DNA from: Naegleria gruberi
Lineage: Eukaryota
Strand: one strand, 5' to 3'
Assembly (NCBI GenBank): GCA_000004985.1
Contig: GG738875.1
Length of the DNA stretch: 64,000 nt
Each line of letters starts with the position of its first letter. Positions within the stretch are counted from its first letter, which is position 1. Below, in pieces: positions 22,669 to 32,152 of this stretch. The notes below the pieces were generated by a model, which worked only from the letters and a program-made list of their open reading frames with translations, ran no database searches and was not told the origin of the DNA. A program made the translations under genes and the position numbers.

Positions 22669-23283
22669 TCAAAATACAACAATTCTCTTATTGTCATAAT
22701 CTGAAAGAAATATTTTCCCTCCTTTTCTGTCAATCGCCAATCCTAATGGTTGACTAAAATGAATATTCTCTGCGTCTTCAATTGTATGTATCAATTTCCA
22801 TTCATTTTCGTTCATTTCATCATAAATAAAACATGTATTATGAAAAAGTTCAGCAACAAGCATTCTTTTTGGATTGATGAAAACAATATCCGTCACTGTT
22901 TTGATTTTTTCAAGCTTCAACTCTTTAATGACCTTTCCATTCACAGTATCTATTATATCCATAGCTCCTTGGGAAGCAATAAATCTGAATAATTGTTTCT
23001 GATTTCCAATTATTCTAATTGCCATTCCGTACAAATGATTTCTTTCAATTTTTCAAATACAATCAGCACTTGATCCTAATCTCATTAAATCCTTCACTCT
23101 ATATTTAAAAGTATACATATCCTCTCCAAAATAAATAGCATCATTTTGTTCATGATCAAAATTCTCTTCAATTAACAAGCCAGTCACCCCTCCTTCAACA
23201 AAAAAGGCTCCTAAATATTCATGATTAGTCAAATCAAAAAATTTCACTTCAGAATTTGAATCATCAGAGATTGACACAAACAA
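22669..23283 (-). CDS. NHL-repeat (beta-propeller blade) protein interrupted by one in-frame TGA at 23053..23055. Possible pseudogene or stop-codon readthrough.
   Basis: Two ORFs lie in the same frame, separated only by TGA: ...SSADCI*KIERNHLYGMAIRIIGN. NHL-like blades are GLAIDRKGGKIFLSDYDNKRIVVF and NDAIYFGED. No plausible GT..AG intron spans the stop. Confidence 0.4.
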
Positions 23284-23675
23284 TTATGTGAATGAGAAAC
23301 CTTGGCATGGGAAGGATAGTGAAATTTATGTTCGATCGACATGATATTATTAATCTCTTCAAACTTCAAAATGGTACACGATTCCGATAACCTCTCATAT
23401 GAATTTTAAATTTGTCGAACAGGGCATCGTGCTGCTGTAGGGGAAGGATTGTGATCAATGAGAGAAATGATCACACAACAACACTCTGAATCATCGTTTT
23501 GCATTTTTTTTATTTAAATTTGCTTATTGTAAAGGCACTAATACAAACTTCTTTTCAGAATGTTGAATGTTACTAGCTAGTCAAAGTTTCAAGCATTACA
23601 TATGCAACACTCATAAACTTAGCAACAAAATTTTGAGATGATGCCAAACTTGAGAATGTTGGTAAAAAGATAAAA

Positions 23676-23816
23676 GACTACAGCACCACAGGTTCCCAAG
23701 TTGTCTCCAACCTCAGTACTGATGTGGCTCGACGATAAAAGACTACAGCACCACAGGTTGCTTAACTTCTCAAATCGGACGGGATGAGGTGCATTCATCG
23801 TGATATGGCCGTAGCC
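23676..23816 (-). rRNA. Second 5S rRNA copy carrying a 23-nt internal duplication and a diverged 5' end. Probable pseudogene or variant.
   Basis: Nearly identical to 15671..15788 over most of its length, with the same 3' flank ttggtaaaaagataaaagac. An extra aaaagactacagcaccacaggtt is inserted after gctcgacgat. The 5' helix-I strand changes from gtagtc to gtagcc. Confidence 0.6.
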
Positions 23817-24065
23817 ATTTATAACCTTAAATAGTGAAATATGAATCAGTTCAACAATTGAAATTGATAACTTTTTGAAATTTAATATATGGGAGCTTCT
23901 ATATGAAACTAAATAACAAACCCATCACGTACCCTGTTGACAGTGATTAAACGCTTGGCAGTGTATTTTTCTTGTAATTTAGCAAAAGATGTTTGCAACG
24001 TTTTGTAATAAAATAATACGATAAGACAAGATAGTATAAATAAAATATTTTTATCATGAATGATA

Positions 24066-24130
24066 TCCCGTGTAGTCCAATGGCTAGGATACCTGGCTTT
24101 CACCCAGGAGGTCCGGGTTCAATGGGAGGA
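24066..24130 (+). tRNA. tRNA-Glu(UUC)-like sequence with a defective T-arm and acceptor 3' strand. Probable pseudogene.
   Basis: TCCCGTG TA GTCC AATGGCTA GGAT A CCTGG CTTTCAC CCAGG AGGT CCGGG TTCAAT matches tRNA-Glu in the acceptor 5' strand, D arm and anticodon arm. The T-loop end, T-stem 3' strand and the CAC of the acceptor 3' strand are missing, leaving ...GGGAGG. Confidence 0.4.
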
Positions 24131-24189
24131 TATTTTTGTTTTTCAACACGCAAAATCAAATAATAAAATGTTCATTTATTAAAATTATC

Positions 24190-24828
24190 CTAGACCTTCA
24201 TTTTGGGTAAAATGCTTAGCTCCTTTTCCAATTGTTTCTCATATGATGCTTGGAAACGAGTGTAATTATCCAACATGTTGTGTTCACAAGCTGTTTGAAT
24301 TCTATCAAATATTTCAGGAGTGATGGCAAAGAGGAAACTCATATCTTGTGGATTTGTGGAAGTTTGCTTTGGAGAAATATTCAATTTTGGAGAAGGTGAA
24401 ACATTTCCATTTTTAGAAGCAAAATTAATGGTACTGTCTTTTAGGGATTTGAAGATTTTCTCAATTTCTGGAATTCCAAAATCCTTTCTTGAAATGTTCA
24501 ATTCAAGAGGAGCTCCAATTCGAATATAAGTATTACAAATATTGTAAAATAATTCTCTTCTTTGTTTTTCTGATTTGATTGTTTTGAATTTCTCAATGGC
24601 ATTCCACATCATGACATCTTCACATGCAAAACATTTTTCTGAGAATTTCAGAAAGAGATTATTCCACTTTTCATTCAGTAAAATCTTTCGAATGCTACTT
24701 TCAGAAGGTTTCGAATGTTGAAGTTTAGAATCAACTGATGGAGTGCTTTCTGTATGTTGTTTCTTGTCAGATTTGAATCTTTGAAGGAAGAATACAGGAT
24801 ACGTGAATGAAATTAATGTATCCCACAT
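24190..24828 (-). CDS. RGS (regulator of G-protein signalling) domain protein, copy A.
   Basis: RGS-box pattern: LLNEKWNNLFLKFSEKCFACEDVMMWNAIEKFK...ELFYNICNTYIRIGAPLELNIS......MLDNYTRFQASYEKQL. ATG at 24826-24828. Lies immediately downstream, on the same strand, of a 7TM gene. Confidence 0.65.
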   Translation of the reverse strand: MWDTLISFTYPVFFLQRFKSDKKQHTESTPSVDSKLQHSKPSESSIRKILLNEKWNNLFLKFSEKCFACEDVMMWNAIEKFKTIKSEKQRRELFYNICNTYIRIGAPLELNISRKDFGIPEIEKIFKSLKDSTINFASKNGNVSPSPKLNISPKQTSTNPQDMSFLFAITPEIFDRIQTACEHNMLDNYTRFQASYEKQLEKELSILPKMKV

Positions 24829-24924
24829 ATTTCCAATTAAAATTGTAATCGTCCATGGGAAATAATAATCAATACTTTACAAAATATTACAATTATTATT
24901 CTAATCTCAGATATATATTACTTA

Positions 24925-26289
24925 CTAGGTTGTAAAAATAGTGAATAAAGAAGGCACAGCATACAATACAATAAAAAAAACCCATCCAAATATCACAACA
25001 ATAACCTCAATCTTAATATGCCAAACATCTCTCTTGGTAAAGAATGAAAACAATAACAGTAAAACTCCAATAAATCCATAAAAGGCAAAATAACTAATGA
25101 AAATATTTTGATTGTAAGATCCAGTTCCACATCCAGATGGTGAAAATAAATAACTATCAATTGTAAAGCTATTTCTCGAATTGCTTGATGCACCTCCAGT
25201 ATTTTGAAAATTGAAATAGTCAATTGTGCCAATAATTAGGAAAATTAAAATGTGTAGAGCTAGTAATAATCCATAATAAATGAAAATAAATTTGGAGCTC
25301 ACTAGAAATCTCATAATGGAAATTAATTTGCCTCTTTCGAATGATTCTAATAGAGTTTCTTTTCTGAAAATCATTTCGTCTTCAAGTGGTTTGTCAGTTG
25401 TGATATCTTTTGGTTCGATTGTGAATTGTGACATAATGCTTGAAGTTCTGCCAACTGTCAATGCTGACAATGAGGTTCTATTGGTAGCTTTCAATAATCC
25501 AGATGAGCTAGAAACACTGCTTGTTTCTGAATGAACTTTCAATTCTTTCATTTCAGTGTCAGTTGTCAATGGGTTGTTGGCAGATGGAGGAGTATTATTC
25601 AATGTTTCCAATATATCCAAACTCACATTTGCATCCATAAGTGGTTTCATATTTTCTGATGATGTTGTTGCATGCAAGTCATATTGTCTCTTTCCAATCC
25701 TCACTTTCAATTCGTTCAGTTTGGTCAATACCAACAATCTAATACATCTCAATATGACAGTATTCGAAAGTGCAGGCACAGCCAAATAATAGATTAGTGA
25801 AAATATGAAACATGGATAAATCTTTCGTCCAATTAACACTCTAGTCATTAATACGAAAGTATAGGTCCATCCAATAATTGCTCCCATGACCATCAATGCT
25901 GGATTCCTGGCAACCTGCAAATAATTCACAACTTGTTTGTGTTCCTTTTGGAGAATATGCAACATTCTCAATTTATAAACTAAACCTCCAACCGAAACTA
26001 ATAACAAACATGTGTGAATAAAGAGGATAATTGCTGAAATAACAACAGCTGATGTGGTATCATCACACAATCCCTTCTCACTCTTGTTTCCTTGTGAAAG
26101 GAGGAGTGGATGACAAACTGTGCTGTCATTATACATGTTGGTAGAGTTGACTATTAGTGAGGTGTTGATATTGAGCGTTGTGTGGATGTTGAAAATGGGC
26201 ACATGCATGTTGGTGACATGGAACGTCAACGTGGATAAAAATCCATCAAACATGCCATTTGTCTCTTCGGAATGAGCATTCAAATCCAT
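24925..26289 (-). CDS. Multi-pass (6-7 TM) GPCR-like membrane protein, copy A. Cys-containing N-terminal ectodomain and a long Ser/Thr-rich loop between TM3 and TM4.
   Basis: Hydrophobic segments VISAIILFIHTCLLLVSVGGLVY, ALMVMGAIIGWTYTFVLMT, FIFSLIYYLAVPALSNTVIL, FIFIYYGLLLALHILIFLIIG, IFISYFAFYGFIGVLLLLF and VIVVIFGWVFFIVLYAV. The first ATG is 26287-26289; the ORF-track start is a TTG. Confidence 0.6.
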   Translation of the reverse strand: MDLNAHSEETNGMFDGFLSTLTFHVTNMHVPIFNIHTTLNINTSLIVNSTNMYNDSTVCHPLLLSQGNKSEKGLCDDTTSAVVISAIILFIHTCLLLVSVGGLVYKLRMLHILQKEHKQVVNYLQVARNPALMVMGAIIGWTYTFVLMTRVLIGRKIYPCFIFSLIYYLAVPALSNTVILRCIRLLVLTKLNELKVRIGKRQYDLHATTSSENMKPLMDANVSLDILETLNNTPPSANNPLTTDTEMKELKVHSETSSVSSSSGLLKATNRTSLSALTVGRTSSIMSQFTIEPKDITTDKPLEDEMIFRKETLLESFERGKLISIMRFLVSSKFIFIYYGLLLALHILIFLIIGTIDYFNFQNTGGASSNSRNSFTIDSYLFSPSGCGTGSYNQNIFISYFAFYGFIGVLLLLFSFFTKRDVWHIKIEVIVVIFGWVFFIVLYAVPSLFTIFTT

Positions 26290-26535
26290 TTTCAAGTTGG
26301 CCAATTGAAAAAGGTGATATGAGTTGATTAGTTTTTTTTTCTTCTTTAAAATTGTTATGGTTCACCATTGAGCGACTTTGTCCTCTCAATGAAAGTGAAC
26401 CTTGATTGTGAAATCTTGATAAAATTTATTTGGGAATCTGATTTCTAATTTGTGCTATTCCATTAGTGGCCCTGAAAAACTATTCGAAAGAAGACTATTA
26501 GTTGTAGATTGGTAGAGTTGAATGTTGGTTGTTTA

Positions 26536-27165
26536 TTACACTTTAAGCTTGGCTACGATATCCAATTCCTTTTCCAATTGTTTCTCATACGATGCTTGGA
26601 AACGAGTATAATTATCCAACATGTTGTGTTCACAAGCAGTTTGAATCTTGTTGAATATTTCAGATGTTATTGAGAATAACAAATTATTTGGGTCAACCTT
26701 TGCATTGTTATTCGAAACCTTTGGAGAAACATTTCCATTCTTTGAGGCAAAATTAATGTTACTCTCCTTTAATGCATGATAAATGTCCATAATTTCTGGA
26801 ATTCCAAAATCCTTTCTTGAAATGTTTAATTCAAGAGGAGCTCCAATTCGAATATATGTATTACAAATATTGTAAAATAATTCTCTTCTTTGTTTTTCTG
26901 ATTTGATTGCTTTGAATTTCTCAATGGCATTCCACATCATGACATCTTCACATGAGAAGGATTTCTCTGCGAATTTCAGAAAGAGATTATTCCACTTTTC
27001 ATTCAGTAAAATCTTTCGAATACTACTCTCACCAGAAATATTTACACTGGAAACTGAAGGATTGGTCGAGAGAGCTGGTTCAATGGAATTACCCTCTGAC
27101 TTGTTTGATTTGAATCTTTGAAGCACAAAAACTGGATAACTGAATGAAATGAGTGTATCCCACAT
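26536..27165 (-). CDS. RGS domain protein, copy B, paralog of 24190..24828.
   Basis: MWDTLISFSYPVFVLQRFKS... and the RGS box are almost identical to copy A. ATG at 27163-27165. Confidence 0.65.
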   Translation of the reverse strand: MWDTLISFSYPVFVLQRFKSNKSEGNSIEPALSTNPSVSSVNISGESSIRKILLNEKWNNLFLKFAEKSFSCEDVMMWNAIEKFKAIKSEKQRRELFYNICNTYIRIGAPLELNISRKDFGIPEIMDIYHALKESNINFASKNGNVSPKVSNNNAKVDPNNLLFSITSEIFNKIQTACEHNMLDNYTRFQASYEKQLEKELDIVAKLKV

Positions 27166-27249
27166 GCATCCAATTAAAATTGTAATTGTCCATGGGAAAT
27201 AATAATCAACACTTTAAAATGTTAAGTTATCAAAACTTAATGATACCTA

Positions 27250-28536
27250 CTATGTGGTAATAATTGTAAATAAGGAAGGAATACTAAAAGCAAGAACAAT
27301 AGCAGCCCAAAACAAGTTAATAATCACAACTTCAATCTTAATATTCCACACGTCTCTCTTTGCAAAAAAGGCAATTATGGATAGTAAAATTCCAATTAAT
27401 CCATAAAAGCAAAAGTAGCTAATGAATATATATTGATTGTAAGCTCCAACTCCACATCCAGATGGTGAAAATAAATAACTATCAATTGTAAAACTATTTC
27501 TCTTTTGATTTGTTTTTACAGAAGTATCATTTTGATAATTGAAATAGTCAATAATGGCAATGATAAAGTAAATGCTCAAGTGAAATCCAATGACCACAAC
27601 ATAGCTCAATAAAACAAATTTGGAGCTCACGAGAAATCTCATGATGGAAAGTAATTTTCCTCTTTCGAATGATTCTAATAGAGTTTCCTTTCTGAAAATC
27701 ATTTCCTCTTCCACATTATTTTCATCATCATCTGCATTACTATCCTTAGGTTCAATTACAAATTGTGAGAGAATACCTGAAGTTCTGCCAACTGTTAATG
27801 CTGACAAATTTGTACTGTTCTGATTTCCAGCTAAACTACTATTCGAAATGGATAAACTATCAAGAGACGTAACTGTTTCCAATTCCTTTTCCACTTGATT
27901 TTGTGAAATATTCGTGTTTTCCTCAATCATGGATTTCATATTGTCCGATGATGTTGTTGCATGCAAATAATATTGTCTCCTTCCAATCCTCACTTTCAAT
28001 TCGTTCAGTTTCGTCAATATCAACAATCGAATACATCTCATAATAATAGTATTCGAAAGTGCAGGAATAGCAATAAAATAGATTAGTGAAAATATGAAAC
28101 ATGGATAAACCTTTCGTCCAATTAACACTCTCCCCATCAACATGAACGTATAAGACCATCCAATCAGTGCTCCAATTACCATTAATAATGGATTCCTTGC
28201 AACCTGCAAATAATTCACAACTTGTTTTTGTTTCTTCTTTAAAACATGCAACTTTCTCAATTTATAAACTAAACCTCCAACCGAAACCAAAACGAGCATT
28301 GTGTGAAGAAACAAAACAATGGCAGAAATTACTGTGGAAGAGGTCATGTCATCACACAATCCCTTCTCACTCCTATTTCCAAGAGCTAATAGGAGAGGAT
28401 GACACACAGCACTATCATTGTATTTGTTATAGGTATTGTTGTTGTTAATGGTGATGGAATCGTTGGAAAGAGTTTCGAATATGTTGTAGGAAAGAGATGT
28501 AATGACATCAGCATGTGGTTGGTGGTGAAAGGACAT
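27250..28536 (-). CDS. Multi-pass GPCR-like membrane protein, copy B, paralog of 24925..26289.
   Basis: Same TM architecture and the shared blocks VCHPLLLALGNRSEKGLCDD...VVNYLQVARNP...IMRFLVSSKF. ATG at 28534-28536. Confidence 0.6.
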   Translation of the reverse strand: MSFHHQPHADVITSLSYNIFETLSNDSITINNNNTYNKYNDSAVCHPLLLALGNRSEKGLCDDMTSSTVISAIVLFLHTMLVLVSVGGLVYKLRKLHVLKKKQKQVVNYLQVARNPLLMVIGALIGWSYTFMLMGRVLIGRKVYPCFIFSLIYFIAIPALSNTIIMRCIRLLILTKLNELKVRIGRRQYYLHATTSSDNMKSMIEENTNISQNQVEKELETVTSLDSLSISNSSLAGNQNSTNLSALTVGRTSGILSQFVIEPKDSNADDDENNVEEEMIFRKETLLESFERGKLLSIMRFLVSSKFVLLSYVVVIGFHLSIYFIIAIIDYFNYQNDTSVKTNQKRNSFTIDSYLFSPSGCGVGAYNQYIFISYFCFYGLIGILLSIIAFFAKRDVWNIKIEVVIINLFWAAIVLAFSIPSLFTIITT

Positions 28537-29049
28537 TTGATGACGTTTTTCGCTGTTGCTATTTCAAATGCGAGCTCACACGCCAAGGTTCAAGTCGTTA
28601 CGAAACTAAACTAATCTCTCCAAGTTGTGAGTTGTTTTCTTTTTGTTTAGTTTTGCACCACGACATGCAACAATGAACCTGAATGTTGTGGCCGCTACTT
28701 TCCAATCATGAAATTGCAAAAGCCACAGATGGAATATCGGAACAGCACACAACGTTTGAAGTTGCGACACAGAGTTGACTGATAACATATTGCCATCACA
28801 GCCTAGTGGTGAACCATGTCTAAATAAGGTGGATTTTGGTTCCATTTTGATTAAAGTATTTTAGAAATTATTAGAAAGAAGTGAACCTTGATGGAGGAAC
28901 TGAGTACAATTTATATTTGCTCTTGTAAACGTTTAGGATTCCGACTGTAGTTTACATTAGAAAAGTATGTGATTAGAAAATAAAGCCGATCACAATTTTC
29001 TTTCATCTTTCGCTTTTTGTTTCTCCATTAAGGAAGTAACTAGAACTTC

Positions 29050-29105
29050 ATAATTGGTAAAATTCCCAACTCCTCCAATTATTTCTCATACGATGCTTGG
29101 AAACG
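29050..29105 (-). pseudogene. Relic of the 3' end of a further RGS-gene copy.
   Basis: ccaattatttctcatacgatgcttggaaacgagtg matches the C-terminal coding end (RFQASYEKQ) of the RGS genes at 24222..24262 and 26572..26612, then diverges. Confidence 0.35.
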
Positions 29106-29207
29106 AGTGTTTCAAATACGATCACTTTTTCAATCTCATCGTTAATGAAAACAAGAATAGAAAACTTCCCAAAGTGATTTTAAAAAAAAACAAAGAAACC
29201 TTATAAT

Positions 29208-29663
29208 ATGATTAATCTAGAGTGTGAAGTTGCACCTCTCTTGAGAAAGTTCATGTATCTTGCCAATATTATGGTGGCAGGATATGTGGCTTGTTTCGCT
29301 CTATTCTTTCCTCAACAGGCACAATCTGAACTCTTCTATGGGAATTCACTTACTGATGATGGAAGTACCATTGCAGTAATGATTGTTGGATGTCATTGGA
29401 TGGCCATTGTCATCATTTCAATGTTGGGATTGTTCTTTCCATTACAATGTTCCATCGTTTTCGTTCATCAATTGATTTATAAGAGTTTGTACTTGTTGTT
29501 GGTTGCCTTGCCTGCCATGTGGATGAAGAGAGAGGTGCCTCAACCCATGACCACACTCTTTGCTATTTGGGTGTTGTTGTTGCCTTTGGTCATTCCATGG
29601 CATTACTTGTTTCACAGTGAAGATAATATTTCAGCAAAACCTGTTTCAACAAAACAAGAATAA
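29208..29663 (+). CDS. Small hydrophobic membrane protein with 3-4 TM segments.
   Basis: 151-aa ORF with ATG at 29208. Hydrophobic segments VAGYVACFALFF, AVMIVGCHWMAIVIISMLGLFF and LLLVALPAMW...LFAIWVLLLPLVIPW. Confidence 0.35.
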   Translation: MINLECEVAPLLRKFMYLANIMVAGYVACFALFFPQQAQSELFYGNSLTDDGSTIAVMIVGCHWMAIVIISMLGLFFPLQCSIVFVHQLIYKSLYLLLVALPAMWMKREVPQPMTTLFAIWVLLLPLVIPWHYLFHSEDNISAKPVSTKQE

Positions 29664-29719
29664 TAAACATAATAAACAAACAAACTGTAGGGCAAAAACC
29701 CATTCCTTAATACCAAAAA

Positions 29720-32026
29720 ATGCGCAAGCTTACCCACACTGTATTAAAATCACATTCTTCTGCAGTGATTAATGCTCGCAAAGTGCCCTCTATCATCAAA
29801 TCAAATAATATTTTGAATGTTTCATGGCATCCATGGAAAGCTTTTCAAACAACAAGTCCTTGGCAAAATCAATCCTTCACACGGGACGGTTCTTCGGTTC
29901 TTGGGGGAAAGCCACCAACAGAGACAACAGACAACAAATCCATCATCACCCTAGCATTGAAAGACTTTGACACCTGGTCGGTTGCACAAGTATCTGCTGT
30001 GTTGATGTTGAGCAAACAGGAAGGGGGTATCGGTTTGTCCGAGGAGAAGATCAAACCACTCTATGATTCTGCTTTTGATGGACTGGCTCTGAGCTATATT
30101 GCAACAGGTATTAAGGGAAATAGATTAGAAGGAAAGAGTGAAATCAGTTGTATCGAACATACCATCAAGACAATTACAAACAGTAAGGACTTTGCTTCAG
30201 TGCCGAAAACTACTTGCACAACTGTTGTTGAATGGGTTGCTACCAAGTTGACACCTAAACCATATAGGTTGTGGAACACTCAAGAGTTAGATGATTTTCT
30301 TAGCAAACCAAAAGCCGAGGGAGGTGCTGGATTGAGTGATGAGTCCGTGGTCTACCTCCATCGTGCCAAAATCGACAACCTAACACTTGCCCGAATTGTT
30401 ACTGTCATTAAGGAAGAAAGAATGAAAGGCCTTACAGAAGAAGAATGTATTGAGCTTGCCACAAAGATAATGACAAGCGATAAGGACTTTGCTTTAGTAC
30501 CAGAATCTACTTGTAAAGCTGTCACTGAGTGGGTTGCTGCCAAGTTGGCTCGAAAGGCTGATGAGAGAGGTACTTTCATTAACATACCCTCCGATTTGCT
30601 TGGTCATTGGAAGCGCCAGTTGGGAGGAGAAATATCTGAAGGTTTGAGAAAGGAAAGAACAAATGCAAAATATGACTACCTCCGTAATTTACATGATCCA
30701 ACAAACATGAAAAAACTGGAAAATTTCATTGGAACATATATTGATCTTCCTGTCTTTGGAAAGGAAGATAGTGATTTATCTCCAAAAGACTTTGATCCAA
30801 ATGATAAATTTCTTTTAACTCAGCAACGATTTGATATACTGAAAAAGGTTGTGAATGGAAGCACTGGATTGGTTTTATCAGGTCCTCATGGAATTTCAAA
30901 GTCATACACACTTTATCTAATAGCTGCCTATGCCTTTGTAAATTCCATTCCAGCACTCTATGTTCCAAAGTGTCGTTCCTGGCTCAGCACTTTCAACATA
31001 GATAAGGAAGTTGGTGCCAATAACTACTTGCGTAGATTGTTCTTTTCGCTGAATAGTGACATTCTTTCTACGACCCAAATTATGGAATTACAGAAATCAA
31101 GAAATGTGGTCGAACATTTGAGCACCCATATTGGAGATAAGGGATCTATGTTCTATTTGTTTGATGAACACAATGAATTATTCAGACCTGACTATTACAA
31201 TAAGATTCCTGCTTCTTTTGCTTATTTTCAAGATTTTATCAGATGGACAGGAGTTACATCAGGGAATTACACAGTTACTATCTATTGTGGAAGTGCTCAT
31301 AGCTCCTTCGAAGACCATTTACCAGGAGGAGAAAGAGGAAGGGTAGTTAGAATCACTCCTCCAACAATGACAGAATTTGAACAACTTGTTTCAGCTGTGG
31401 GTTTGAATCCAAAGGATAAAAGAATAGCTCATGTAACAGGAAGAATTCCAAGAGAGTTGAAATACTTGGCTGACCATTTGAAAGGTAAAAAGGGTACTGA
31501 TGAAGATTTCAACCATTTTATCACAGTAAGGCAGGGAGAATATGCTTCTAGATTGCGCTCATTAGTTAACAAAATGGACAAAGAGGAGAATGATGAGTTT
31601 TTAAAAACACTTGAAGATCTTTTTACTCTGGGTCTTTTCGATGGAAGACCTTGCACTGTTTCAGGAAATGTTTACGATATGGGTTTACTATACAAGGATT
31701 CTGATCAAAACCTTTATATTATTAATGATCCAGCAAATAGATGCTTATTCCATCACTACTGCAGCAAAGTTGACATGCCACACATACCCAAGAATATTTC
31801 TGTTTCACAGAAAGGAGCACTGTTTGAAAAATACTTGTTAAGACGAGAGTATGGACTTTGTAAACATTTGGATGGAAAATTCTATGTAACAAACAAGTTG
31901 AGTACAACCACAACATCCACCTTATCATATGAAGTTAACGAACATGCAAGTTTGGATCTAAAGGATTTACATTCCCTCAATCGAAGAAACTATTTGCGGG
32001 GAACAGGAGTACCACTACCAGAGTAG
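29720..32026 (+). CDS. Tandem SAM-like domains followed by a P-loop NTPase (AAA+/STAND-like) domain, 768 aa.
   Basis: Two ~100-aa repeats carry SAM-like signatures: WSVAQVSAVLMLSKQEGGIGLSEEKIKPLYDSAFDGLALSYI and WNTQELDDFLSKPKAEGGAGLSDESVVYLHRAKIDNLTLARI. Walker A is LVLSGPHGISKSYTL and Walker B is SMFYLFDEHNE. ATG at 29720. Confidence 0.65.
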   Translation: MRKLTHTVLKSHSSAVINARKVPSIIKSNNILNVSWHPWKAFQTTSPWQNQSFTRDGSSVLGGKPPTETTDNKSIITLALKDFDTWSVAQVSAVLMLSKQEGGIGLSEEKIKPLYDSAFDGLALSYIATGIKGNRLEGKSEISCIEHTIKTITNSKDFASVPKTTCTTVVEWVATKLTPKPYRLWNTQELDDFLSKPKAEGGAGLSDESVVYLHRAKIDNLTLARIVTVIKEERMKGLTEEECIELATKIMTSDKDFALVPESTCKAVTEWVAAKLARKADERGTFINIPSDLLGHWKRQLGGEISEGLRKERTNAKYDYLRNLHDPTNMKKLENFIGTYIDLPVFGKEDSDLSPKDFDPNDKFLLTQQRFDILKKVVNGSTGLVLSGPHGISKSYTLYLIAAYAFVNSIPALYVPKCRSWLSTFNIDKEVGANNYLRRLFFSLNSDILSTTQIMELQKSRNVVEHLSTHIGDKGSMFYLFDEHNELFRPDYYNKIPASFAYFQDFIRWTGVTSGNYTVTIYCGSAHSSFEDHLPGGERGRVVRITPPTMTEFEQLVSAVGLNPKDKRIAHVTGRIPRELKYLADHLKGKKGTDEDFNHFITVRQGEYASRLRSLVNKMDKEENDEFLKTLEDLFTLGLFDGRPCTVSGNVYDMGLLYKDSDQNLYIINDPANRCLFHHYCSKVDMPHIPKNISVSQKGALFEKYLLRREYGLCKHLDGKFYVTNKLSTTTTSTLSYEVNEHASLDLKDLHSLNRRNYLRGTGVPLPE

Positions 32027-32152
32027 TTTCTATCAGCCAGGCGAAAACTAGTGTACCGACAAGAAAAAAAAAATGCGACAACAACTGAAGATGAATCTAC
32101 ACAATATCAATCATTACATCAACACCACAAAACGCAAACAAATACGATAATA

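Noticed and set aside
23035-23052. An intron removing the in-frame TGA in the NHL-repeat gene.
   Set aside because: The only GT...AG candidates are 19 nt (too short) or break the frame.
24829-24924. The 7TM gene and the downstream RGS gene as one ORF joined by a short intron (AtRGS1-like fusion).
   Set aside because: In both tandem copies an in-frame TAG lies immediately before the only GT donor candidates (tagtaaGTAATA / tagtagGTATCA). No acceptor restores the frame into the RGS ATG. They are reported as adjacent genes, with co-transcription left open.
28560-28860. A relatively GC-richer intergenic stretch downstream of the 7TM copy B, considered as a possible ncRNA.
   Set aside because: No recognisable snRNA, snoRNA or tRNA motifs or conserved structure could be identified by eye. 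The 79-aa ORF 28606..28845 lacks features of a real gene.
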